Assembly (NCBI GenBank): GCA_965207735.1
Contig: OZ242296.1
Span: 672,001 to 736,000, forward strand
Direction of reading: 5' to 3'
Length of the DNA: 64,000 nucleotides
DNA from: Candidatus Versatilivorator sp.
GTDB taxonomy: Bacteria; Acidobacteriota; Terriglobia; Versatilivoradales; Versatilivoraceae
A program made the position numbers and the translations under genes. Shown here piece after piece: positions 9,672 through 20,906 of this stretch (position 1 is its first letter; every line of letters starts with the position of its first letter). Below the pieces are notes generated by a model that saw only the letters and a list, made by a program, of their open reading frames with translations, had not been told where the DNA came from and did not search any database.

Positions 9672-11762
9672 ATGAGATCAGAGTTCTTATTGGAATTAGG
9701 CTGTGAAGAGATACCGGCACGCTTCCTGCCGGCATCCTCCCAGCAGTTGAAACAGAATATTGAACGGATTCTGTCGGTCAATTCTCTGGATCATGACCGA
9801 ATCGACGCCTATTCCACGCCGCGACGCTTGATTGTGCACGCTGCCGGCGTGGCGACCACCCAGCCGGACCAGAGCCGGCTGATCACCGGCCCTCCCTGGA
9901 CCATCGCTTTTGACCAGGACGGCCGTCCCACCGCCGCCGCCCTGGGATTCGCCCGCAAGAACCAGGTCGAGGTGGAGGCTCTCTCGGAGGCAAAGACCAG
10001 GAAGGGCAGTTATCTGTCCTATCAGAGGCAGGTTCCCGGCCGCGAAGCCGTCCGGATCTTGGAGGAGGAGGTTCCCAACGCCATCAAGGAACTGGAATTG
10101 CCCAAGAGCATGAGATGGGAGTCGAGCCGCTTTCTCTTTCTGCGCCCCATACGGTGGATTCTTTGCCTCTTTGACGGGCAGGTGATACCCATTCAACTGG
10201 CTTCCATCCGGGCCGGCGACCGCACTTTCGGGCACCGAATTCTGGCCGGCAACCGTGAAGCGGTGGTGAGGAGTTTTGACGAGTATCGGCAGAAACTTCG
10301 AGAGGCTCAGGTGGAAATCGATCCGATGACGCGGTTGCGTCGGATCCAGGCAGGTCTGGAGTCAGCAGCGGTTGAGCAGGGCGGCGGCCTGGTCGAGGAC
10401 CGAACGCTGCTGCAAACGGTGGCCCACCTGAGCGAGCATCCCGGCGTGGTGTGCGGGAACTTCGACCGGGAGTTCCTGAAGCTCCCGCGGGAGGTCCTCA
10501 TCACGGTGATGCGCGAGCATCAGAAGTATTTTTCGCTTCATGACCGCAAGGGGAAATTGCTCCCCAAATTCCTGGCGGTGGTGGATTCGGACGGGACCCA
10601 TTCCCGACAAATTCAGGCCGGACACGAGCGGGTGCTCAGGGCCCGCCTGTCGGACGCTGTCTTTTTTTGGGAGTCCGACCTGAAGGTCCCCGTGCAGGAC
10701 CGCATCGGATTGCTGAAACAGATTACCTATCAGAGAAATCTCGGCACGTTGTTTCATAAGACTCTTAGAATAAAGGCTTTATCAAAGTTTGTCGTCAAGT
10801 CGATTCGACACCCCGAGCTCCTGTCGCAGGTGGAGCAGGCCGCCGAGTTGTGCAAGACCGATCTGACCACCGAGATGGTCCGGGAATTCAGCAATCTGCA
10901 GGGAGTCATGGGGGGTCTCTACGCCCGCGTCCAGGGCATCGAGGCAGGAGTATCGGAGGCCATATACGATCACTACCTGCCGGTTAGCGCGGAAGACCGT
11001 GTGCCGCGCGGGCTGGCCGGGGCGATTGTTGCCATGGCCGACAAACTGGACACGTTGGCTGGCGCCTTCTGTCTGGGCCTGATTCCCACGGGATCGCGGG
11101 ACCCCCTGGGGTTGCGCCGCCAGGCCCTGGGGGTGATCCGCATCCTGCTGGCAAAAGAACTGGACCTTTCCTGTGAAAGAATGCTGCGCCAGGCCTACCG
11201 GGGAGTTCGCAGGTTTGCCGATCGATCGTGGGAGGAAACCTCTCTGAGTTTCCGGAACTTCCTGAAGGACCGACTGCGTTTCCTATTCCGGGGGCAGGGG
11301 TTTCGCTACGACGAGGTCAACGCGGTGGTGGAGGTGTGTTGGGACAATCCGGTGGAATGCCGGAAGCGGTTGGGCGCCATTGCCGGCATGCGGGAAAGCT
11401 CCGATTTCCGGTCTCTGGCGACCAGTTTCAAGCGTATCAAGAACATTCTGCTGAAAGCCGAAGTGGATCCGCAAGCAGCCTGCGCCATCGATCCGGCACT
11501 GTTTTCAACGCCGGAGGAGGGCCTGCTCCACGGCCAGGTCGTTTCGCTTGACCGCGGGATTTCCAAGGCTATTCGTGCAGGAAGGCACGAGGCGGCTCTG
11601 GGAATGATGGCCTCGCTGAGACCCGCGGTGGACTGCTTCTTTGACCAGGTGCTGGTGATGGACAAGGATCCGTCGGTGCGGAGAAACCGTCTGGCGCTGC
11701 TGACATTTCTCTTGCAGACGTTTCTGAGGGTCGCCGACGTTTCCGAGATGGTGGCGACCTGA
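9672..11762 (+). CDS. glyS: Glycine-tRNA ligase beta subunit
   Basis: [42 protein letters not shown]. Confidence 0.96.
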   Translation: MRSEFLLELGCEEIPARFLPASSQQLKQNIERILSVNSLDHDRIDAYSTPRRLIVHAAGVATTQPDQSRLITGPPWTIAFDQDGRPTAAALGFARKNQVEVEALSEAKTRKGSYLSYQRQVPGREAVRILEEEVPNAIKELELPKSMRWESSRFLFLRPIRWILCLFDGQVIPIQLASIRAGDRTFGHRILAGNREAVVRSFDEYRQKLREAQVEIDPMTRLRRIQAGLESAAVEQGGGLVEDRTLLQTVAHLSEHPGVVCGNFDREFLKLPREVLITVMREHQKYFSLHDRKGKLLPKFLAVVDSDGTHSRQIQAGHERVLRARLSDAVFFWESDLKVPVQDRIGLLKQITYQRNLGTLFHKTLRIKALSKFVVKSIRHPELLSQVEQAAELCKTDLTTEMVREFSNLQGVMGGLYARVQGIEAGVSEAIYDHYLPVSAEDRVPRGLAGAIVAMADKLDTLAGAFCLGLIPTGSRDPLGLRRQALGVIRILLAKELDLSCERMLRQAYRGVRRFADRSWEETSLSFRNFLKDRLRFLFRGQGFRYDEVNAVVEVCWDNPVECRKRLGAIAGMRESSDFRSLATSFKRIKNILLKAEVDPQAACAIDPALFSTPEEGLLHGQVVSLDRGISKAIRAGRHEAALGMMASLRPAVDCFFDQVLVMDKDPSVRRNRLALLTFLLQTFLRVADVSEMVAT

Positions 11763-11845
11763 TGGCAGATGTCGGCGCGTCGACATTGCCTTATTCGAGA
11801 GTTGCCCGGGACAGGAGTCCTGGCGAGTTGAATCGGAGAGCGACA

Positions 11846-14605
11846 ATGGCTGAACAGTCGGTTTACTTTTTTGGCGACGGCAGGGCCGACGGTCGGGCTG
11901 ACATGAAGAGCCTGCTGGGCGGGAAGGGAGCCAATCTGGCGGAGATGACCAACCTGGGACTGCCGGTCCCCCCCGGGTTCACCATCTCGACCGAGGTCTG
12001 CGACCACTATTACAGGGAAAAGGAGCAATATCCCATCGGCCTGTCCGATGAGGTTTCCCAAGCGCTCCATGAAATGGAAGAGCTTATGGAAATGCGGTTC
12101 GGCGATGCCCAAAATCCCTTGCTGGTTTCGGTGCGCTCAGGGGCCCGGGCCTCGATGCCTGGCATGATGGACACTGTCCTGAACCTGGGATTGAACGACA
12201 GCACGGTTGAGGGACTGGCCCTGCGAACCGGCAATGCGAGGTTTGCCTGGGATTCGTATCGCCGGTTCGTACAAATGTACGGAAACGTCGTACTTGGAAT
12301 GAAGCCAATCCGCAAGGACGAAGTCGATCCCTTCGAGCGCATGATCGAGGCGAAGAAGGAAACACGCGGGCTGGTCCTGGATACGGAATTCACAACGACC
12401 GATCTCCAGGATCTGGTGATTCTCTTCAAGCGTGAAATCAGACAGCGGGTAGGAGTGGACTTTCCCGACGATCCCCATCAACAGCTATGGGGCGCCATCG
12501 GAGCCGTGTTCGGTTCCTGGATGAACCCGCGTGCCGAAGAGTATCGAAGGCTCAACGCAATTCCTTCCAGTTGGGGAACGGCCGTCAACGTGCAGGCCAT
12601 GGTGTTCGGGAACATGGGATCCGACTCGGGTTCCGGGGTGGCCTTCACCAGGGACGCCGCAACCGGGGAAAACGTGCTCTACGGGGAGTACCTTGGAAAC
12701 GCTCAGGGGGAGGATGTGGTGTCGGGGGCCCGAACCCCCGCCGCCATTGCCGAACTGGCTCGCGAGAGACCGGAGTTGTATGGCCAGTTGGATCGAGCCC
12801 GCGGGATCTTGGAGAAGCACTATCGGGACATGCTGGATATCGAGTTCACCATCCAGCAGGGGACGTTCTACCTGTTGCAGTGTCGGGTCGGGAAGCGAAC
12901 TGCATTCGCCGCCATCAGGATTGCCGTCGACATGGTGGATGAAGGGCTGATCACTCCCGAGGAAGCGCTGCTGAGAGTGGAGCCGGATCAACTGAACCAG
13001 CTCTTGAGGCCCGTATTCGATCCGGCGGAGAAGGCGGCGGCCATCGAGCAGGGCCGTTTACTGGCCAAGGGTCTCAACGCCGGCCCTGGCGCCGCCGTCG
13101 GCCGAGTGGTCTTCAACGCACCGGACGCAGAAGAGTGGAAGAGTCGTGGGGAACGGGTCATTCTGACCCGCATCGAGACTTCGCCTGAGGATATCAAGGG
13201 AATGAACGCGGCCGAGGGGATCCTGACGGCTCGGGGAGGCACGACCTCCCATGCGGCTCTGGTCGCCAGGCAAATGGGCAAGGTGTGCGTTGCCGGCTGC
13301 AGCGCCTTGGCCATCGATTACTCTCAACGCCACATGAGAGTCAACGGACGGGTCATCCGGGAGGGTGATTTCCTGTCATTGGACGGAACCACCGGCGAGG
13401 TGATCCAGGGGCCCATTGCGGCACGAGATTCGGAGGTTCTACAAGTTCTCCTGCACGAGGTATCTGAAAAGCAGGAGGCCCAGGTTTATCGGCAGTATCG
13501 GAAACTGATGGAATGGGCGGACCGGGTTCGTACGCTGGCCATCCGCGCCAACGCGGATCAGGCGGACCAGGCAGCTGCCGCCATCGCGTTCGGGGCTGAG
13601 GGGATCGGTTTGTGCCGAACCGAGCACATGTTCTTCGGCGAGGGAGAGATCGGCCCGATGCGGGAAATGATCCTGGCCTCGACTCCGGAAATGCGGGAAC
13701 GCGCCTTGTCCAAGCTCCTGCCGCTCCAGCGGGAGGATTTCGAGCACATTTTCGAAGTGATGGAAGGCAGGCCGGTCACCATCCGAACCCTTGATCCGCC
13801 TCTTCACGAGTTCCTGCCTCACGAGGCGTCGGCTCAGAGAGAGTTGGCTTCGGACATGGGCGTTTCCTTTGAGGCGGTCAAGGCGAAAGTGGATTCATTT
13901 CACGAGTTCAATCCCATGATCGGTTTTCGCGGCTGCCGCCTGGGAATCGTCTATCCCGAAATCACCCGGATGCAGGCGCAGGCGATCTTCGAGGCGGCCG
14001 CCAACGTCATCGGTCGAGGAATGAAAGCCGTGCCGGAGGTCATGATCCCCCTGGTCGGTAACGTCAAGGAACTGGAAGATCAGGCTAAGATCGTGCGGCA
14101 AGTGGCAAGACAGGTGATGGATTCCCGAAAACTGGAGATCGAGTTTCAGGTGGGCACCATGATCGAGGTTCCCAGGGGGGCTCTCACCGCGGACGAAATT
14201 GCGCGTTCGGCGGACTTCTTCAGCTTCGGAACCAATGACTTGACTCAAACCACCTTGGCTTTGAGCCGAGATGATGCCGACCGGTTCCTGGTGCCCTATC
14301 TGCAGCAGGACATTTATCCCAGGGATCCATTCCAGTCCCTTGACGTGGCTGGAGTTGGAGAGTTGATGAGGATTGCGGTGGTGAAGGGGCGGTCCACCCG
14401 GCCTGAAATCAAGATCGGGATTTGCGGTGAACATGGGGGCGATCCCGCCAGCATCGAGTTCTGCCATCAACTGGAGCAGGACTATGTCAGTTGTTCCCCG
14501 TATCGGGTTCCCATTGCCCGTCTGGCCGCAGCCCAAGCGGCGATCAAGCTCTCTCAGCCAGCTCCCGAGACGTCCGAAAAAGTCAGGGCCACCGCACGCG
14601 GGTGA
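11846..14605 (+). CDS. ppdK: Pyruvate, phosphate dikinase
   Basis: [55 protein letters not shown]. Start placed at ATG 11846 ([10 protein letters not shown]). Confidence 0.96.
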   Translation: MAEQSVYFFGDGRADGRADMKSLLGGKGANLAEMTNLGLPVPPGFTISTEVCDHYYREKEQYPIGLSDEVSQALHEMEELMEMRFGDAQNPLLVSVRSGARASMPGMMDTVLNLGLNDSTVEGLALRTGNARFAWDSYRRFVQMYGNVVLGMKPIRKDEVDPFERMIEAKKETRGLVLDTEFTTTDLQDLVILFKREIRQRVGVDFPDDPHQQLWGAIGAVFGSWMNPRAEEYRRLNAIPSSWGTAVNVQAMVFGNMGSDSGSGVAFTRDAATGENVLYGEYLGNAQGEDVVSGARTPAAIAELARERPELYGQLDRARGILEKHYRDMLDIEFTIQQGTFYLLQCRVGKRTAFAAIRIAVDMVDEGLITPEEALLRVEPDQLNQLLRPVFDPAEKAAAIEQGRLLAKGLNAGPGAAVGRVVFNAPDAEEWKSRGERVILTRIETSPEDIKGMNAAEGILTARGGTTSHAALVARQMGKVCVAGCSALAIDYSQRHMRVNGRVIREGDFLSLDGTTGEVIQGPIAARDSEVLQVLLHEVSEKQEAQVYRQYRKLMEWADRVRTLAIRANADQADQAAAAIAFGAEGIGLCRTEHMFFGEGEIGPMREMILASTPEMRERALSKLLPLQREDFEHIFEVMEGRPVTIRTLDPPLHEFLPHEASAQRELASDMGVSFEAVKAKVDSFHEFNPMIGFRGCRLGIVYPEITRMQAQAIFEAAANVIGRGMKAVPEVMIPLVGNVKELEDQAKIVRQVARQVMDSRKLEIEFQVGTMIEVPRGALTADEIARSADFFSFGTNDLTQTTLALSRDDADRFLVPYLQQDIYPRDPFQSLDVAGVGELMRIAVVKGRSTRPEIKIGICGEHGGDPASIEFCHQLEQDYVSCSPYRVPIARLAAAQAAIKLSQPAPETSEKVRATARG

Positions 14606-14661
14606 AACCCGGCGGTCATCCCTGCGTCATTGCGGAGCACACGACTCTCACCTGGTGAGCC

Positions 14662-14775
14662 GTGCGCATTGAAATCCTGACGGGGGGAGACGGTCCCGGA
14701 CTGAATCCCTGCATCGAGCGAGACCACTATCGCCCCAGGGTCCCCCAGGTGGACGGAAAGCCGATGTTTCTTTAC
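14662..14775 (+). pseudogene. Internally deleted 6-phosphofructokinase remnant
   Basis: Reads MRIEILTGGDGPGLNPCIE (resembles the PFK motif xGILTGGGDxPGLN) joined to RDHYRPRVPQVDGKPMFLY, which I recall as a PFK-like C-terminus. Confidence 0.6.
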
Positions 14776-14875
14776 CAACTCGGAGATTGGGTCTATAATG
14801 ATTATATAGTACCACTAGAAAAAGACGCAAAACCAACGTTTGTCGATTCCGAAGGTCTTTCCGAGGAGCAATGCC

Positions 14876-15901
14876 ATGCTGCAACCGAAAGCGTACCTTG
14901 GGCTCGTCGTCCTGCTGTTTACCGACATTGGGGCGGTGAACGCCAACGAAACGGCCGCATACTTCATCTCGGCCAAGTCGGGCATGATCAACTACGTGGA
15001 GGGTGAGCCTACGGTGAGTAATCCCGAGCTTTCTCAGCCACGGCCGGTCGGGCCCCGGCACCAGCTCGCCAAGGGGGATGTGCTGCAGACGACGGGGGAC
15101 CAGAGGGTGGAAATGCTGCTCAACCCGGGAACCTATCTGCGAGTGGCGGAAAACAGCCGGGTTCGGGTTCTGGCGACTGCCTTCGACGACATGCGTTTTG
15201 CCCTGGAAGAAGGCATCGCAATCGTGGAATCGCTGAGCCTGCGGCGCAAGGTCCACCGGCTTCAGGTCCTGACGCCGTCCGGAGAACTGAGAGTGCTCAA
15301 AAAGGGTTTGTATCGCTTCGCTGTCGATGCGGCCGGCCAGGTTCAGGTGACGGTATTCAAAGGCAAGCTGAAGTGGACCAGAGATCAGGTCAAGATCGCG
15401 GCTCTGAAATCGGGAAAGACCTTCAATCTCAACCGTTCCGCAAGAGGACGATTGCGCTACAGCAAGGTGGGAGAAGATTTCTTCGACGATACCGATCGCT
15501 GGAGCCGAGAACGGGCGGTTGCGTTGATCGCCGCCAACTCCAAGATTCCCTCCTGGATGTCTCGGTCGGCCCTGTCCAGGTATGGCTTCCGGTCGAGTGG
15601 GGGTTGGGTCTATGACCCGTTTTCCCGGATGCATACCTTCATCCCGTTCCATTCCCTGCTGAGGTCGCCCTACGGCTTGGCCTACGGCAACTATTGCCCC
15701 ACCTGGCGTTCCTACGGTCCCGTCTACGCATCCAGAGGCTACGGCGGTTCCAGTCTTGGCAGGTCGAGTTCTACCTATATACCGGCCACAACCAGCGTGC
15801 ACCGGTCTTCGGCAGCCACTTCCACCTCCAGCAGTATTGCCGCCGGTTCAGGGGCTCAACAGAGCCGCGCCGCAGCCAGCAGCAGCGTTCGCGGGAGGTA
15901 A
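14876..15901 (+). CDS. Exported FecR-domain-like protein
   Basis: Signal peptide; GDVLQTTGDQRVEMLLNPGTYLRVAENS; aromatic/Gly-rich region followed by a Ser-rich tail; GAGGAG RBS before ATG 14876. Confidence 0.7.
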   Translation: MLQPKAYLGLVVLLFTDIGAVNANETAAYFISAKSGMINYVEGEPTVSNPELSQPRPVGPRHQLAKGDVLQTTGDQRVEMLLNPGTYLRVAENSRVRVLATAFDDMRFALEEGIAIVESLSLRRKVHRLQVLTPSGELRVLKKGLYRFAVDAAGQVQVTVFKGKLKWTRDQVKIAALKSGKTFNLNRSARGRLRYSKVGEDFFDDTDRWSRERAVALIAANSKIPSWMSRSALSRYGFRSSGGWVYDPFSRMHTFIPFHSLLRSPYGLAYGNYCPTWRSYGPVYASRGYGGSSLGRSSSTYIPATTSVHRSSAATSTSSSIAAGSGAQQSRAAASSSVRGR

Positions 15902-15980
15902 CTTCCCGGCCCGCTGACTCAGCCTGACCGTTCCGCACGAGACTAGGCTTCTTTCGGCATCCCCGAATTGTCGGTATAAT

Positions 15981-17216
15981 TTGGGAAAAACCCGTGGGAG
16001 AAGCATCGTGGCACTTTCGAACCGTTGCGCGCTGGGCGGCCTGCTGCTGGTCATTCTTGTCGGAGCACCCCTGAACCTGTTGACGGCCGAGGGGCCTATC
16101 AGCCGGGAGGAACTTCTGGCCCTGGTCACCACCGCCCGCATGGGAGCGGTGACTCCCCAACAGGTGGTGGAGTTGATCGGGGAGCGGGGGATCGGCTTTC
16201 GAGTCAAGGACATTCTCCTGCAGGAACTGAAAGCTCGCCAGGCCGATCCTGCCATCATCCGGGCAGTGCAGGAAAACGGCCGCACTCAACCGGGTGCATC
16301 GCCCCTGAGACCCCCGCCGGGAGTTGCGCCTCCACCGCTGGTCTTTATCCCACCTCCTGATGAACCGGTGGCAACCGAGCCGCCGGCAGCGGGTTCTCCG
16401 GCAAGTCCCGAGCCGCCAGCACCGGGTTCGGTGGCAACTCCCGCGCCGTCAGCAACCGCGGCTCCGGCTGCAACGCCCGTGCGCTCCGGATTGCCGGACC
16501 GGGAGTCCTGGCCGAAATTCCTGGAAGACGTGCGCAGAACAGCAATGGCCTATACCGACAACCTGCCGAATTTCATCTGTACCCAGATCACCCAGCGTTA
16601 TTTGCGCCGCCTTCCCAAGACGGGTTGGGTGCGGATGGACAACTTCGTGGCGGAGTTGTCCTACTACGACAAACAAGAGCACTATAAGCTGGTGTCGGTC
16701 GGGAATCGCTCGGCGGCCTCCAATGCCACGCTGGAATCGCTCAAGGGAACAACCTCGACAGGCGAGTTCGGATCCTCCTTGAATTTCCTGTTCGATCCCG
16801 CAACCCGGACCTTTTTCCGCTTTGAGGGGATCGACCACAGCCGTGGCGCGCCCACCGTGCGTGTCGGTTTTCGAGTGCCTAAGGACACCTCCAAGAGAAG
16901 TATCATATTCAGGGACGGGACCACCGAACTGGGCGTAGTCACGCCTTATCGGGGGCGATGCTGGATTGATCCGGACTCGATGCAGGTCGTCCAGATCAAG
17001 GAGCGGGCTTATAGAATCCCCGATACCTTCCCCATAACACGCTCGGAGGGTTCCACCGAGTACAACCAGGTGGATATCGCGGGGCAGCAACACTGGCTTC
17101 CGGTCCGGGCGGAGGTCCTGATGGAGAATGGCACGGCCAGGCTCCACACCAGGAATGTCATCCAGTTCAAGCAGTACCGCAAGTTCGGCAGCGAGGTGAA
17201 GTTCCTGTCCGACTGA
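15981..17216 (+). CDS. Exported hypothetical protein with Pro/Ala-rich linker
   Basis: Signal-like N-terminus; Pro-rich linker; C-terminal domain (YTDNLPNFICTQ...TSTGEFGS...YRKFGSEVK). True start may be GTG ~16008. Confidence 0.75.
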   Translation: MGKTRGRSIVALSNRCALGGLLLVILVGAPLNLLTAEGPISREELLALVTTARMGAVTPQQVVELIGERGIGFRVKDILLQELKARQADPAIIRAVQENGRTQPGASPLRPPPGVAPPPLVFIPPPDEPVATEPPAAGSPASPEPPAPGSVATPAPSATAAPAATPVRSGLPDRESWPKFLEDVRRTAMAYTDNLPNFICTQITQRYLRRLPKTGWVRMDNFVAELSYYDKQEHYKLVSVGNRSAASNATLESLKGTTSTGEFGSSLNFLFDPATRTFFRFEGIDHSRGAPTVRVGFRVPKDTSKRSIIFRDGTTELGVVTPYRGRCWIDPDSMQVVQIKERAYRIPDTFPITRSEGSTEYNQVDIAGQQHWLPVRAEVLMENGTARLHTRNVIQFKQYRKFGSEVKFLSD

Positions 17217-17325
17217 GGGGCAGGCCACCGATCGCTGTCGGCTCTTCAGCTAGCCCGCAATCGTCGCCTTCGATTGCTAGCCACGACCACCGGCCACGCC
17301 CTACTGCGTACTCAAAGTCACTCCT

Positions 17326-18339
17326 TTATCGATTAAACCGTGACGATTGCCCTGCTTCCTCCAGGAAGGTGGCGGTGCGCAGGTAGTTTCCGTCGCTACG
17401 GATGGTGACGGCCCCCTGTCGGTCGGTGCGGAACAATTGCACGGGAAGTGTCTTCAAACGGCGAACCACCTCGGGGTGAGGATGGCCGAAGGGGTTGACC
17501 TTACCCGCCGAAATAACGGCAAGCACCGGATTGACCCGGTTCAGGAAGAGTAAGGAGGATGAGGTCCAGCTTCCATGGTGGGCTACCTTCAAGACATCGG
17601 CTTGGAGGCCACGTCCGAGGGCTGCCAGGCATTCCTCGACCGGCTCCTCGATATCACCGGTCAACAAGAAGGACCTGCGCCCGAAGGTCATTCTCAAAAC
17701 CAGGGAATCGTTGTTGAGATTTCCGTCGGAGGGGCCGCAACCCGGATTGAGAAATTCCAGTCCGGCCCCATGAACATTGAGCGTGTCCCCGGCTTGAAAA
17801 GCTCGGATCCTGAGGCCGCGTGCTTCCGCCTTTTTGAGCAGTGCGAGCAGATCGGGGGAAACGGGGCCGTTTCCAAGCCAGAATTCCTTGACCTCGAAGT
17901 TGTCCAGAATAAACCCCAGACCTCCCATATGGTCCTGGTGGGCATGGGTCAGGATCACCGCTTCCAGCGATCGGACGCCGCGGCTCCGGAGATAAGGCGC
18001 GACCACCTGCTCACCGACGTCAAAAGCGGACCCCACGATCTCGGATCGGTGGCCGGCCCCGGACCAACTGCCACCGCCATCGACCAGAGTGTGCCCGCCG
18101 TTCGGCCAGCCTACCAGGATGCTGTCTCCTTGCCGCACATCCAGAAACGTCAAACTCATCTCCTGCGATCCGGATTTGACCCCTTGTCCGCCTGAAAGCA
18201 GGACCGTCAGGGATGCCAGCCAGATGACGGCGCCGGACAGCCTCAGGAGGCGAGGGACTCTTGTGGCGACCCACAGGGCCAGGGAGCCGTAGTAGGCCAA
18301 CACCCAGGCCAGGGGAACCTGGGGCAGGGAAAAGCCTAG
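17326..18339 (-). pseudogene. comEC: comEC/Rec2 3' fragment (MBL domain), cut off by IS1380
   Basis: FLDVRQGDS, LTHAHQDHMGG, NNDSLV, LLTGDIE, KVAHHGS, NPFGHP. Rejoins the 5' part in frame. Confidence 0.9.
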
Positions 18340-18434
18340 CCCGCATTTCTCACCAGAGGTAGGAAGCATCGGTTCTCGGAATCTGGTAAAATACTCTTGT
18401 CTAAGGAGTTAACCAGATTCTTAAAGGAGAACCG

Positions 18435-19802
18435 ATGCCGACACAGTGTAACACCAAACCCCTGGAGTTTGAACCCCACGGCCGCCGCCGCGTGGTGGCT
18501 GATTTCGACGGCGGTCCCATCACTTCCGATGCCGGCTCCCTGCTGTTGCGCCGGGTGGATCGGGGCTTATCTCTCTCCGACCAGGTGGCCGACTGTTTCA
18601 CCGATCACCGCGACCCCAAGCGGACCCAATACAGCCTGCGCACCCTCATCGCTCAGCGCATCCGTGGCATCGCCCTCGGCTACGAGGATCTCATCGACCA
18701 CGACCAACTCCGTCACGATCCCCTCATGGCCTTGTTTTCAGAGAAAGGCCGTCGTGGCGACTCGCCTCCCCTGGCAGGCAAGAGCACCCTCAACCGACTC
18801 GAACACGCCCCCACCCAAGGCCCCACCCGCTACCACAAGATTGACCACGACCCCGAGGCCTTGCAAGCCCTCCTGGTGAAACTGTTTCTGCAAGCCCATC
18901 CCCAACCCCCCGATGAGATCATCCTCGACCTCGACGCCACTGACGATCCCCTCCACGGGGAACAAGAGGACCGCTTCTTCCACGGCTACTACCGAGGCTA
19001 CTGCTACCTGCCCCTCTACATCTTCTCGGGCCGCCATCTGCTCTCGGCCCTGCTCAGACCCGCCAACATCGATGCCTCCGCCGGCGCTCTGGAGCAGGTC
19101 CAGCGCATCGTCTCCCGCCTACGGCGTGTCTGGCCTCAGGTCAAGATCCTGCTGCGGGCCGACTCCGGCTTTGCCCGTGAGGAGCTGATGGGGTGGTGTG
19201 AGCAGCATCAGGTCGACTATCTCTTCGGCCTGGCCCGCAACTCCCGCCTCCAAGACGCCATCGCCCCCGAGTTGGCTCAGGCCCAGGCCCTCTCAGACCA
19301 GCAACAGCAGCCCGCCCGGATCTTCACCGACCTCTCCTACCGCACTCACAAGAGCTGGTCCCACGAGCGCCGCCTGGTCGCCAAAGCCGAGGTCCTGCCC
19401 CGCGGCCCCAACCCCCGCTTCGTCGTCACCTCTCTGTCGGTCCAGGACTACCCCGCCCAGTTCCTCTATGAGAAGATCTACTGTGCCCGCGGTGAGATGG
19501 AAAACCGCATCAAGGAGCAGCAACTCGACCTGTTTGCCGATCGCACCTCCACCCACTCCTTCCGGGCGAATCAGCTCCGGCTCCTGATGACCTCTTTCGC
19601 CTATGTGCTGGTGGAGGGCTTGCGCCGGCGGGCGCTGCAATCCACCTGCCTGGCCCGGGCCACCGTCGGTTCCATCAGACTCAAACTGCTCAAGATCGGC
19701 GCTCAGGTCACCATCTCGGTCCGTCGCATCAAGGTCGCCATGGCTTCCGGATGTCCTTACCAGAGGGAGTTCCGCATCGCTTGGGCTCACCTGCCGCCCT
19801 GA
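18435..19802 (+). CDS. IS1380-family transposase
   Basis: ADFDGGPITSDAG, LGYEDLIDHD.LRHDP, ILDLDATDDPLHGEQE, RADSGF, YCARGEMENRIKEQ; AAGGAG RBS. Confidence 0.95.
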   Translation: MPTQCNTKPLEFEPHGRRRVVADFDGGPITSDAGSLLLRRVDRGLSLSDQVADCFTDHRDPKRTQYSLRTLIAQRIRGIALGYEDLIDHDQLRHDPLMALFSEKGRRGDSPPLAGKSTLNRLEHAPTQGPTRYHKIDHDPEALQALLVKLFLQAHPQPPDEIILDLDATDDPLHGEQEDRFFHGYYRGYCYLPLYIFSGRHLLSALLRPANIDASAGALEQVQRIVSRLRRVWPQVKILLRADSGFAREELMGWCEQHQVDYLFGLARNSRLQDAIAPELAQAQALSDQQQQPARIFTDLSYRTHKSWSHERRLVAKAEVLPRGPNPRFVVTSLSVQDYPAQFLYEKIYCARGEMENRIKEQQLDLFADRTSTHSFRANQLRLLMTSFAYVLVEGLRRRALQSTCLARATVGSIRLKLLKIGAQVTISVRRIKVAMASGCPYQREFRIAWAHLPP

Positions 19803-20024
19803 GGTGCCCTGACCCGACCGTCACTCCTGGCCCTTGAAGACGCGGCCACCAGGCCCGATGGCAGAGGTGTCGCTGTTTTCGAGGGAAAATGCCGCCTGAG
19901 GTTCCTCGGAGAGCCTCAGAAGCCTCCGCTGTTGGCCTTTGCCTACCGATCCAGCCACCAACGTTGTTAAACTCGGCCTCAAATGCCTCCATGGCCCCTT
20001 TTACCGCTCCTGTGCGAACTCTGG

Positions 20025-20893
20025 GTAGAGTCGAGGACTGGCGCGTTGACTATAGGGTCCGGTGGCTATTCCGTCGCTTTCGCTTCGGGCCTCAGTCCGG
20101 CTCCCTTATCACGTTTCCAGTCCCCGCTCTCCGAACCGGACGTGCGGTTTTCCCGCATCTCGGCTCTCCAGTGGGATCATGCGTCTCGCACACAGGTCCC
20201 CGCTCGCATCCGTGGACGACTCCTATGGGATTGGCACCCGTCCCCCACTCCATCCACTTCCGCTCCCGGGTTGCCGCCAGGCCTGTTGATGCCCTGACGA
20301 CGCCGTCCTCCTCCGACGACCCTTTCACTTTTGCATGTGATGCTTCCGGAGTCTCCGGCCCTTTTTTGGTCGGGGTTTCAGGCTTTCGCCACTCCCGGGA
20401 CCCTTCCCCCTTCGGTCACCGCTCCTCACCTGAGGCCCCTTCCCTCCACCGGTATTACCCGGCTTCTCCGGTACTACAGGCCTCTCCGCCACCCTGTCGG
20501 CCTAGACTGACTCTCGCGAGCTTCCGGTTCGGTGCGTGCCTCACCACCCACAGGGCTTCCCATGTTGCTGCCTTCTTCCCCTTCCATGCGTGCCAGCGCC
20601 ACTACCCCGGCGGGTCCAAAGGGGTGCCCGCGTCGCTCGCTTCCCCCTCCGTCTTCGGCCTTCCCCATTTCTCAGGTGGGTCGGCCCCCGCATTGCCCGT
20701 TTCGAGGCCTGCTCGACGTTCACTCGCGTTCCGGCCCGCATGCTCGCTGAACCGCCTTAAGCGGCCCTTTGACACCAGAGGGCTTCAGACCATATCGTTA
20801 CCTCCATGATCCGCCCTGGCTGCTACCAACCGGAGCGACAGTTGTTGGACGGGTTTCGCACCCGTTGGAAGAAGGCGCCTTTCCATGGCGCAC
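20025..20893 (-). ncRNA. ORF-less group II intron, copy 2 (869 nt)
   Basis: Reverse complement of 5224-6092 with no differences seen; the shadow ORFs translate identically. Exon junction CCCGCATTTCTCA^CCAG. Confidence 0.92.
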
Positions 20894-20906
20894 TGAGAAA
20901 TGCGGG

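Larger units (their letters stand above)
18340..20906 (+). mobile_element. IS1380-family IS (~1698 bp without the intron), right TIR interrupted by a group II intron
   Basis: Left TIR CCCGCATTTCTCACCAG at 18340; right TIR CTGG|intron|TGAGAAATGCGGG ending at 20906; CTAG duplication at 18336-18339 and 20907-20910. Confidence 0.93.

Noticed and set aside
17250-17262. CTAGCCCGCAATC as another IS1380 end
   Set aside because: Too short and degenerate to support.
5224-20893. The two inverted intron copies as ends of a composite transposon or invertible segment
   Set aside because: Each copy has its own coherent host element and comEC rejoins cleanly, so they are independent insertions. They could still act as recombination substrates.
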